DNA of 64,000 nucleotides from the NCBI GenBank assembly GCA_963693365.1, contig CAVNZM010000013.1:7832398-7896397 (forward strand), written 5' to 3'. Positions within the stretch are counted from its first letter, which is position 1, and each line of letters begins with the position of its first letter. Both the position numbers and the translations under genes were made by a program. The notes below the pieces were generated by a model. The model was not told the origin of the DNA, searched no databases, and saw nothing but the letters and a program-made list of their open reading frames with translations. The DNA is from Amoebidium appalachense (lineage: Eukaryota > Protista > Ichthyosporea). This document shows positions 53,397 through 64,000 of this stretch, piece after piece.

Positions 53397-55149
53397 ATGA
53401 TGGAAGAGATGGACATCCAAGACGAACCCACAAAGCCTCGCCCACCACAACAACGCCCCAAGGCAAACAGCAGAGAAAAGACCCCACCACCACCAGCCAA
53501 GCGCTCAAGTTCTGTGCCATCCACCCCCACCACTACTGCTAAGGCCCCGACCACCCCCACCACTACTGCTAAGGCCCCGACCACACAGGCAGCCACGGGG
53601 GGTGAAAGCCGGAGGGGGCGGTGGCAGTTTCACCTCACCAGGTCAAGATCAACTGACCGACCAAGACTGTGCGTGTCTCCCCCCCTCCTCCCCCCCCTCC
53701 CCTCCCCCCTCTCTCGCGCCCCCCCCCCCCCTCGTCTGTCTCCCCCTCACATCTGCACCTCATCCCTGCACCATGTTCAAGTTATGTGCTTCTTGATAGG
53801 AGTGTTCATTTGCAACGTTTCCTAACTCTGTGTTTGCACTTCGTCGTGTGCTGTTGCACATCTCACTTAGTTTTTCTCCTACTCTCCTCCCCCACTCCCC
53901 CTCGGTAGAAGCTGTGTGCACACGTCCATAGCTTTGTGTTCACACCAACCGTGCATAGCTTGTAAAAAAGCACATAAAGCACATACTAGCTTATGATCAC
54001 ATGTCTACTCACACTGCACAAGGACATCACATCTACAGCAATTGTCCACTCACTCTCCCTGCCACCCATGCACACACACACACACACACTGTCCTGTGTT
54101 GCCCATGGGTGTGCTGGGACATTTCTCCTTTCCCATTTTTCCTTCACTTCTTTCCTGGGCGCACCTCACATAGGCCTGCTGGTGTTTTTGACGACACTCT
54201 CTTTATCTTCCTTATGTCCCCCCCTTTTCCTCCCCGTCAGATATACGCCGCTGCCCAGGACAAGAAGGACCTACTTTAGTGGTGGGGGAAGAGCGCGCAC
54301 CATGGGGGAAGGGGGGAGGGGGGGGAAGGGGGGAGCAGGGAGGGGAGCGGTTATGGGGATGCAGAGGGGGGGGGGGGGGGGGGGGGGGAGTTATCATGGT
54401 GGCAACAGGTGACCACACAGAGCAGTGCATAGGGTTCAGTTGGCTGGTAAAAGCAGCAATATGCACAGAAAGTAGGACCATGGAGCGGTCCGTCCTCAAC
54501 CAATTTAAGTTGATGCTTATACTGCCACTGCCAGCCCCTCCCTGCCTGTATCCCTGTGTTGCAGCACAGCACCCACCATCTTCTGTGTGCTGTTGGTTGA
54601 TTGGTTGGTAAAGGTACCGGGCGGGTGGAGGTGTTGCAGTACACTGCAGCAGGAAGGAGAGATGGTGTGTTCTTCGTTGTAAAAGTTCAGGTGAATACTT
54701 TATGTGAGCCGATTTTTGTTTTTTTCTTTTGGGGGGGACGGAGATGGGAGGGGGGGGGGGGGGGGGGGGGGGGGGAGGGGGGAAGGGGAAGGCAAAAGGA
54801 TACGTCTGATATGTGTGTTGCTGGGCACAGGGCTAAGGACGATGGCAGCGAGAAGAAGGCCACGTGGATTGAGCTGCAGGAGGAGGGCCTGCCAGCCAAT
54901 GGCATGGAGGCACAGTCACGTGACATGGCCACACCCACCCAGCACCGCCGCATGTTGGAGTTGGAGCTGGAGGTGGAGGTAGTAATCCCTCCCCCTCCCG
55001 GCCCCGCCCCCGCCGCTCCTAGGCCTCCCCCCCAACACCCCCTTCAACGCCACCACCACCACCACAACTACAACCACCACATTTACCACTATCTAGAGAA
55101 AAGCCTTAAGGACCAAAAAAAAAAAAAAAAAAAAAAAAGGTGGGGGGAA

Positions 55150-55185
<36 letters not shown>

Positions 55186-55242
55186 TAGGAAGAAAATGGA
55201 ATGGAATGGAATGGAAAGAATATAAGAAAGTGTTCTGATTAG

Positions 55243-55277
<35 letters not shown>

Positions 55278-55885
55278 ACAAAAAAAAAAAAAAAAAAAAA
55301 AAAAAACCCTTTTCCGGGTACAAAGCTAAAGAAGGAGGAGGAGGAGGAGGAGGGAGTGAGTGAGAGGAGGGGGGGGAGGGGGGGGGGGAGGTAAAGAATA
55401 CACTTCAAGCACACACAGACAGATATGCATACGCACGCAAACACAGACACACAATCTCTAACATACGAGCACACGCACACTCTCTCAAGGACACACAAAC
55501 ACCAACACAAACACACATCCACACACACACACATACGCGCAACCACAACATTCTAACACTCCCTCCCCCCTGCTCCCCGCCGTCCGTGCAGGTGTGGCGA
55601 TGGTTGGTGTGGCACTCATCCGGCAAAGTTGAGCGAACCATGACATCTAGCCAATTAGAAAATAGAGTTAAAGAAATGGCAGCCGATTTAGGCATGGAAG
55701 ACGACCATGTGCACTCGTGCCTGCCACTTATGATGTTGCGCTTTAAGGAGTTTCCGTCATTAAAGCACCACCAAATAGCACGCACCCCTTTACCACCCCC
55801 ACCGTTACGACCGCCACCTACTCCTGTTTTGGACCAATCCGAATCGAGATCAGCAGAGTGTAAATGCCCCCTCCCCCCTCCCTCC

Positions 55886-55919
<34 letters not shown>

Positions 55920-57821
55920 CCCCCTCCTCCCCTTCCCCACCCCCCTCCCCCCCTCTCCCAAGCACATCCACGCACAGAGATGCCACTCCATCCACTCTCT
56001 TTTCAGCATGCCCTATTTCAGCACATCCACTGACCTGTTGGGAGCTTGCTCATGTCTGCGTGGGAAGAAGGTGTGATTTGGCGTAGTAACTTGCTCACTC
56101 GTGTGCATAAGCAGAGATTTCCAGCTATAATTATCTTTAGATTGTACTGCTGAGGCATAGACATAATGGGGATGTTGTGCAGATATGATTGGGTATGTAT
56201 AGATATAAATGGATATTCGTAACTCTCAATGTGTGTGGATTAGGAGTAGCTATAAATGGGTATTTGTAACTCTCAATGTGTGTGTGGATTAGGAGTAGCT
56301 ATAAATGGGTACAGGCATATCCGTGAAACGCAACAGAGTTTCACGTTTCTCATGATCAGGTTCTGAATAATGACCCCCCCCCCCCCCCCCTCCTCTCCCC
56401 CCCTGACCTGCCCTTCCCTCCCTGTACACATGCACACGTACACACACACATACACACACAACCAAACACACGCATGTGTGTGTGTGCGCACACAGACACA
56501 CACGCACACAAAAACACACACACACACACACACACAGCATCCAGACCATCATCACCAGGCCCACTCATGGACCTGACATACTTCACGGCACCCAGTGAGT
56601 ACGTGTGTGATCGGTTCACCATCCGATTACTGCGATTGGGCGATGGTCATGCGCTGGATGAGGCCATCACTAGCTCCTACAACCACCTTAAATCTTTCAT
56701 GCCCTGGGCGTCCCCAACACCTGACGTGCCCAAAAGGTGTGTCTTTAACGCTTGGCCCAAATGTACAAAGAGTATATTCTAAATTTTAATGACTGCTATT
56801 GGTGTTTGAAGTTACCAAGCGACTTGCAAGGTTACTGAGGTCGTATCTATTGTTGTTTAAAGGCACGTCATACGACTGAAGAGCTAAACAAATCTCATGG
56901 TCATTTGAGGACATTTGGGGTATAGGGTGCGGGTGGCGTGGTCGGAAGGGGGGGGTTTGGTGGTGAAGGGTGACTTTTCTCCCTACCCCTTGACTATCTC
57001 ACACAATGCCCGATGATAGACGTACTTATACTGTGGTGTATAGCTTCCCTACCTACCTCACGTTGTCATATTCCAGATGTATAGCTCAAACACCCCCCTA
57101 TCTCATTCAGCGGGGTTCTAAAATAATATATGGCACCCACCATTACCTCACTAATAGTCATCTCTTCTACCCTCCTCATCCTAACTTCCCCCCCCCCCCC
57201 CCCCCCCCTTTTCCTCCCACCCCTCCCACGGGGCCCTCCTCCATCTTTCTCCCCCTTTTACATGGGGCCACCCTCTCTGACCGTGTGTCTTTACTTCCCA
57301 GAGAGATGTACGTGCGCACGTGCATAGCAGCCCAGCTGACCAACAGAGACTATGCCATGCTGGTGGTGAGCTCTGATGGCGCCACCGTGCTGGGGGGCAG
57401 TGGCTTCCACATGCACATGCACGGCCTGACATTGGACCAGCGAATCGCAGAGGTCTGAAACCCCCCCCCCCCCCTTCCCCTCCCCCCTCCCCCCCCCCCC
57501 AAACCCCCAAACCCCACCCCCTTCCCCCCAAACACACATGCATCCCCCCCTCCCCCCCCTGGGGGGGCGGTTCTTTCATGTCCGGTTGGTTTCCTCAAGT
57601 CAACCTCCGTTGCACAAAATAGGCTAAGTTTGTTGGTGGGCCTGCGCAATCGGTGTTTGCTGTGTGTCTGCACGTGGTTTTCCCCTGCATTGCTTGTGGT
57701 TGTGTTCCAGAAACTGCACGTCAAGCCTTAGCAGTACTAGGTGGGAACTGGTGTGCATTAGGCGTGTAAAGGTGTGGGGGGATGGTGTGTAGATGTAGAG
57801 TGTGCGTGTATGGTTGTATCC

Positions 57822-57885
<64 letters not shown>

Positions 57886-58799
57886 TAGGGGGTGGGAGGG
57901 GGGCGGGGGAGGGGGGGGGGGAGGGGGGGCGCTAGGAGGGAGGGGGGGGGGGGGGGGCGCGCACAGAGTGGATATGGCAGTGCTTTACTGCCCTACTAGG
58001 CCTGAGACGCAAACAAAGTGGAATCTAAAATTAGCGATTGTCATGTATGTTGCTAGAGCGTTCAACCGCAACGTTAACGTGACTTGGTTTTACAGGTTGG
58101 GCTGTGGATACGGGAGGACCAGGCAGGCGGTGGGTTGGGCACGGAGGTATTAGGGGTCATGGTGGCCTGGGCGTTTGGCCCTGACTGGCCCTGGGAGAGG
58201 CTACAGTACAAGTGTCTGCTGCAAAACACCGCTAGCAGGAGGGTGGGTGCCTGGGTTTTTGCCTTGTCTTGACTTCCTTTACCTCCCCCCCCCCCCCCCC
58301 CCCCCCCCTTTTCCACCACCACCACCATTATCACACCATTACCACCACCACCACCATAAAAATTAGGAATGAAAAGGCCTTCCGGAGGGGGGGGGGGGGG
58401 GGAGGGAGGAGGGGGGGGGAAGAGAACAAAAAAGCGGCACCCCTGCCCGCCCAGCCCCTTCTCTTTATGCCATCCTCTTATATGCAGGCAGAAACCAATG
58501 ATGCACCACTCTCATCCATCCATAGTGTGAAGCATTTAGCCCAAGTATCGGTGGCACAATCACTCCTCTTTCCTCCACGCTTTTTCCATACTACCAGTGA
58601 GGGTGTATGTGCGTTTAGGCCTCCCTGCAATCATGCTGCATGGTTTGTGTTGATACGACATGGAAAATGAGTGCCTATGCAAGCATGTGTTATCACAGAA
58701 TGACAAACCACAGCGGTTACTTTGTGCCCGAACACATTAACCTTTGTGTGTTCCTTTCCCTCGGCATTTGTCATTGTCTTTCTGATCAACCTCCCTCCC

Positions 58800-58850
<51 letters not shown>

Positions 58851-59011
58851 ACCCACCCACCCACCCATCCACCCCCTCCCCCCTCCTCTCCTCCCCCCCC
58901 CCCCCCCCCCCCCCCCCCCCCACCACCACTATTCTTTCTTTTTCTTCGTAATCTCTTTTCCCCACCTTTTTATGTGCGTGTTTTGTTTATTATTATTATT
59001 ACTACTACTAC

Positions 59012-59047
<36 letters not shown>

Positions 59048-59255
59048 TTCAGAAGTGTGCCGTGAACCCCCAGAAGGCACGTGACTCCATGTGCTCTAAC
59101 ACGTGTTTCTACTTGTGCAGGTTGCCGAGAAGGTCGGGTTTGTGTACGAGGGCATCAACAGGCGGGCGGTGAGAGATGTCAATGGGGCCTGGGCTGACTG
59201 CCTGAATTACTCCCTGCTAAGACATGAGTGGAAGCCATCAAAGGCCATGTTCTGA
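53397..59255 (+). CDS. CENP-B/Tc5-like HTH segment fused to a RimJ/RimL-family GNAT N-acetyltransferase. Exons 53397-53668, 54831-54972 (or 54978), 55592-55859, 56538-56736, 57302-57452, 58096-58242, 59121-59255
   Basis: Splicing is in phase. GNAT: [32 protein letters not shown]...VLGGSGFH...[21 protein letters not shown]...WAFG..WPWERL...[17 protein letters not shown]...[11 protein letters not shown]-like: LELEVWRWL....[18 protein letters not shown]...LRFK. The exon 1 linkage is the least certain part. Confidence 0.8.
56219..56311. repeat. Tandem duplication of about 45 bp (intronic)
   Basis: gtaactctcaatgtgtg(tg)tggattaggagtagctataaatgggta occurs twice. Confidence 0.9.
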
Positions 59256-60102
59256 TGTCAAATGGCCTCTACTGGGTTTGTGGAGGGGTTTGATGGATTG
59301 TTATACACGTGCAGTGGATGATGCTCGAAGGTTGGTTCTAAAGTTGCACCCCTAATCATGTCAGCGTCCACGTGTACCCATCCCTGTCTGTGTATGCAAG
59401 GTACTCATTGATGATTTTTAGTTTTCTGGAAGATGAATCAGTCTCAGTCGTATGCTGGTGTACATATGATTTGTGCTGCGATCGTGGGCTTAGATTAATA
59501 TATTCCCACCATTAACAAGTTCACATATGTTGAATGGCCCCTGACCAGAAACATACAGTATGCTCAGATTAGATTTTGTGCCACTATGAACGAATGACCG
59601 TACACCGTTTGTAACGGGTGTATGAAAGTATGAGTGCTTTTTATCTTAGCCTATAGTTGATGGGCTGCTACGGCATTTATGCAAGTTATGAGTTAATATG
59701 TTACATTATATAGATATTTTTAACGTCTGTGCCATGGCCCTGTGCAATAAATTCATGACAAAATGTCATGCCCGAACGTGCTCCAGGCGTATACTGGATC
59801 CGGAGACAAATATGGAAGTTATCAAGCTAGATTCCTTGTTGGTGTGTGCACTCACGGTGACCATATGCATGCATGTGCCTATGCGTGCATGTAATAAAGT
59901 TTGGCTAGCCGTGCACAATACCAATTTAGTTGCCCCAAAGCAGGCATGGGAAACGGGACAGCTAGTCACACCATCAAATGGTGCACCTATAAGCTGCAGG
60001 CGTTTAATGGGGATATCGATATCAACTTGATCTGCAGGCCCTGGGGGCGGGGGAAGGACGAGAAGGGGAAGCAGGTAGATGTTAGTCGAGACGCGGAGCC
60101 GG

Positions 60103-60137
<35 letters not shown>

Positions 60138-60242
60138 GTTGACTGTAGACAAGAATAGAATGCTCTCCAATGTAATTCTACGGCCACGAATGGTGGTGGT
60201 GGTGGTGGTAGTGGTGGTGTCTTTGTGTGTGGGGGGAGGGGG

Positions 60243-60280
<38 letters not shown>

Positions 60281-60368
60281 TGGGGGAGGAGGGGGGTAAA
60301 GGATACGTATATGGGGAAGTATATCAGAATATTGTTCATGCATGCAGCCGGTCGGAAAGCTCGATGAT

Positions 60369-60414
<46 letters not shown>

Positions 60415-60561
60415 GGAGGTCGTACGTGTGACCTTCTGAGTATGGTATATATCACCACCGTCACGGAAACCCTCCCCCCCCCCCCCCCCCTCCCCTCTCC
60501 CCCTGCCCCCACCCCTCCCCTCGTCTTTGGCCCCACCACGTGCACCATCACACACACACGC

Positions 60562-60649
<88 letters not shown>

Positions 60650-60960
60650 GACGCTGTCATACACAACACGTGTCACCACCACCGGTACCACAATGGTTAC
60701 CACTGTCCCCTTCAGAAAAGCGCCTTTTGGCCTATGCCACAGTATTAGTTAATGTATTACGATGTCATAATTAATGCAAAGCCTAAAATTTGCGACGTTG
60801 TTGTTATAGCCGAGAACAAATGAAGCGTCCCGAGGGGGGGGGGGGGGGGGGGGGGACAAGCATATATCTTAAAGCGGTTTTTCCTTTTTCTCTTCTAATC
60901 TGTCCTTTTTTCCCGGGGTTGGGGGTTGGGGTTTGGGGGGGAAGTTGGGAGGCCCGGGAG

Positions 60961-61010
<50 letters not shown>

Positions 61011-61380
61011 CTGTTGCATGCATAAATGCAACTATAAGGAGTCCATGTGCCCACTTCCATGTTTCCCCCTCCCCCCACCTCTTTTTAAGTTTCAAGGGGT
61101 CTGGTGTACATGTGTGTGTTAACGTTGTGTGTGTGGTTGTGTGTGTGGGGGGGGGGGGGGGGGGGGAGGGGAGGGGGGGGGAGAGGGGGGTTAGGCAAGC
61201 AAGCAGGAGGGGAAGAAGAGAAATGATCATTAAAAAAAAACCGGCTTAGTGAAGAGAGTTTGGTTGTCAACAGCAGCGCCGAGGAGGACAACGGGGAAGG
61301 GTGGGGGCTGTACCGGTCGGGGTGGGAATGGGGAGGGTGTGTGTGACCGTATGTGTGTGTGCATGTGTGTGTGTTGAGGG

Positions 61381-61424
<44 letters not shown>

Positions 61425-61773
61425 TTGAGTGTGTGAAGAAATACACAGTCGCCAATTCGGAAAATGCCTTTGGCTATATTTGATCTTCATTCGATCCTTG
61501 AAAGAGTCCAAAACTCCAATCAAATAATACCATCAAGTTGTGTGGCACATCATATACATCACTTAAGTCGTGTACTATTCGTCAAGCCGGATTATCATCC
61601 TTCGCGCCATTATGCAAAGCACTACTACGGTACTTCTCTTGACTAAGCAATCACATTCAAGCAATTATTTACCCTAAAAATAACCCAACACCAAAAATCT
61701 GTAGCCAAGGCTCGTATGGAGTAAAACAACTTTCGATGTGAATGACATTTCACTAAGGTGCCCTCCCGCAAGC

Positions 61774-61804
<31 letters not shown>

Positions 61805-61991
61805 AAAAAAAAAAAAACTCAAAGAAAAAAAAAAAAAAAACTCAAAGAAAAATACATAAATAAATAAAAACTTTGGTAACCTTCCCCCCCCCCCCCCAAA
61901 AAAAAAAAAAAAAAAAAGGGAGGGAACGACATACACTCTCTCTCTAAATACATGCCTTCTGCCCACCTCCCACCTAGCCCTTGGAGACCAA

Positions 61992-63284
61992 CTACGTGCT
62001 GATAGGGGGCTGCAGGTGTGAGCTTGCACTGCCCAGCACCAGTCCCTGGGCCGTGTTGTTCATATGGGACACTGACCCCCTCTCACCCACCCTGCCGCCA
62101 GCCAGCAGTGACGAGGTAGACCTCTGCTGCTGCTTCATGCCCTGCCTGGGCACGAGGGAAAAGAACAGCCCCGTGGTGTCCTCCACCAGCAGGTTGAGGG
62201 CTGTGGCCGTGAACGTGGACGGCACAGAGGCCGTGCGCCTGTGCCCCCCGTGCCTGGTCTTGTTGAGCTCATGTTGGCTGGGCATTCGGGGTGCAGAGGG
62301 TGTGTCTGCAGGCCCAGGGGAGGTGGCCAGGGGGCTTGTGGCGCCACTGGGGTTGTTGGACTCACTGGCTATGTCGTCACAGTTGCTTGTGTGCACTGCA
62401 GGTGGGGGGGTGCTCGTCTGCCTGTCCATCTGCAGACTGCTGTTGAGCTGTAGCGCTGTGGGCGTCACACTGCGGTGGGCGGGTGTCATACGAGGCGCGT
62501 CCCCCGTGGGGGTGCTTGGCCGTGCAGGCGTGTCCCCGGCCTGGGCCTGGTACCTGTGCACGTGCACTGATACCTCATCTCCACTCTCTGACACAGCCAC
62601 CAGAACCAACTCCATACCATACATGCTGGCCACGGCACCCAGCACAATAGCCCGTGCAGCATCCCCTGCTGAGTTGATGTTTGCGCCATAGCGCAGCTGG
62701 TCCACGTAGTTGCTGTAGGAGAAAGTGACGGGGAAAGCAGGGCCGTACGTGTCTGTGTTCTTTGCCAGATAGTCGGCCACCTTGTAGCGCAGCGACTGGT
62801 GCAGGGTCTCGCTGCCATATAGCTGATGTGCCAGCGCACGGAAGAACGAGTTGTCGTCGGCCTTGACCCCCACTACCGCGAGGTTGAGCCCAGCTGCTGC
62901 AGCCTGCGCCCGGGCAGAGACTGCAGCCTGGGCAGCCTTTGAAAGGGAGGTGGTGGAGCCCCGCCGTGAGCCTGAGGCAAGAGAGGTCGAGCTGTCACTG
63001 CCCGTGCGCTTGTGCCCTTGTTGCCCTTCGGCTATGCTGCGCCGTGCGGAGGATTCCCCAACACTGCGCCTGGCCGAGGTTTGGGTGGGGTGGGGTGGGC
63101 TGAGTGCTGTGTTTGTGCTTGAAGACAAGATCTCTCTAACCTCGTTGTCTGCAGTAGTGGTTTCGGGGTGTGGTATTTGCGTGTTGCTGCTCGGTGGTGA
63201 ATTTGTGTCTGTGGTTGTGGCTGTGTCTGCTTCGGATTTCTCGGACTCCTTAGTGCCCCGGAACAGTTTCTTAAAGAACCCCAT
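61992..63284 (-). CDS. OTU-domain protein, predicted catalytically inactive (about 430 aa from MGFFKK; 3' end might be spliced further)
   Basis: VKADDNSFFRALAHQLYGSETLHQSLRYKVADYL...YSNYVDQL...LGAVASMYGMELV...LNLLVEDTTGLFFSLVP matches the OTU D-G-N-C-L-F-R-A...H-Y-x-S pattern, with C->S and no His. Confidence 0.85.
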   Translation of the reverse strand: MGFFKKLFRGTKESEKSEADTATTTDTNSPPSSNTQIPHPETTTADNEVREILSSSTNTALSPPHPTQTSARRSVGESSARRSIAEGQQGHKRTGSDSSTSLASGSRRGSTTSLSKAAQAAVSARAQAAAAGLNLAVVGVKADDNSFFRALAHQLYGSETLHQSLRYKVADYLAKNTDTYGPAFPVTFSYSNYVDQLRYGANINSAGDAARAIVLGAVASMYGMELVLVAVSESGDEVSVHVHRYQAQAGDTPARPSTPTGDAPRMTPAHRSVTPTALQLNSSLQMDRQTSTPPPAVHTSNCDDIASESNNPSGATSPLATSPGPADTPSAPRMPSQHELNKTRHGGHRRTASVPSTFTATALNLLVEDTTGLFFSLVPRQGMKQQQRSTSSLLAGGRVGERGSVSHMNNTAQGLVLGSASSHLQPPIST

Positions 63285-64000
63285 GGTGTATGTATGTTCG
63301 AATCCAGCTGGTATGGGAGAGTTTCGCTTTCTGGGTTCGTGCTGCTTGGACGTGGGATCTAGCGAACTGTATATACCAGTATCAAGAGTCACATAAGAAA
63401 ACGCACTGCTACAACAGAGGTTGGAATTGGTCGCCGCAAACCGTGTATGATCATGAGAGCACTATTGGTACTCGTTCAAACTCTATGCCAGATCCAGTGT
63501 AGGTCAAGTTGGATCCCTTCTTACAAAAACGAAACTTCTTCGTAATAAGTAAGATCCTATCAAGCAAGAGGTGTATAATACGCTAGCAACGAAAATGGCT
63601 GCCTGAACTGGCTTCTAGGTGGCCGTTATAAAGCGCCCCAAGTTACTACTTTCCCTCCAAAAAACGGGGAGGGCATTTGATAAACGACACCTTCATTCAC
63701 GTTACTCATTAGCAAACGGTTATCTCAAGCGAATGACTCCCACGGCTCACTTTTATGTAGGGTGCATGTGAGAGGGGGTGCAAATAGGGTAAATGGGGCT
63801 TCAGCAGTCTCCATGGCTTTTGCATACAATATTTAATGATCATATTGATAAGGTATACTATTAGTAGGATAAGATATAATATTAGTAGGTAATAATGCTC
63901 TTTATGCTCCATAATAAAGACTTTTGGGGGCTTTACATATTTGGAATTGTGAATCCGTGGGAGCGGACCGAGCGGTCTAGTCTAGTCAGCCCGGACTAGC

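Noticed and set aside
54241-54290. Extra exon in the HTH-GNAT gene after the good acceptor at 54240
   Set aside because: No donor gives the phase needed for the next exon without a stop, while exon 1 joins 54831 directly in frame.
62851-63396. Plus-strand ORFs overlapping the OTU gene (also 20375-21187 and 49887-50761 opposite other exons)
   Set aside because: They are antisense shadows of GC-rich coding exons with no independent motifs.

Overview
This is eukaryotic genomic DNA, not prokaryotic. Short coding exons are separated by introns packed with poly-C/poly-G runs and (CA)n/(GT)n/(GA)n microsatellites, so most ORFs in the supplied track are repeat artefacts. The gene content suggests an opisthokont, probably a unicellular holozoan such as an ichthyosporean; this is inference only. 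Exons were spliced by hand (GT/GC-AG, phase-checked) into eight host genes: (1) an ARNT/BMAL-like bHLH-PAS factor (-, runs off the left edge); (2) a tandem-CWCH2 zinc-finger + PWWP protein (-); (3) a type I membrane protein with an ML (NPC2/MD-2-like) domain (+); (4) an intronless eIF4E (-); (5) a divergent WAVE/SCAR (+); (6) a GATA factor (+); (7) a CENP-B/Tc5-like HTH fused to a bacterial-type RimJ/RimL GNAT acetyltransferase (+); (8) an OTU protein lacking its catalytic residues (-). A TE cluster at about 3.7-11.7 kb holds an intact non-LTR RT ORF, nested hAT-type MITEs with 8-bp TSDs and decayed remnants. The least explained signal is a dispersed, tandem-forming non-coding repeat family at six loci. 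Its copies share a helix/pseudoknot scaffold with compensatory changes and always lie sense to the host or adjacent gene. All family assignments are motif recognition by eye; no searches were run.
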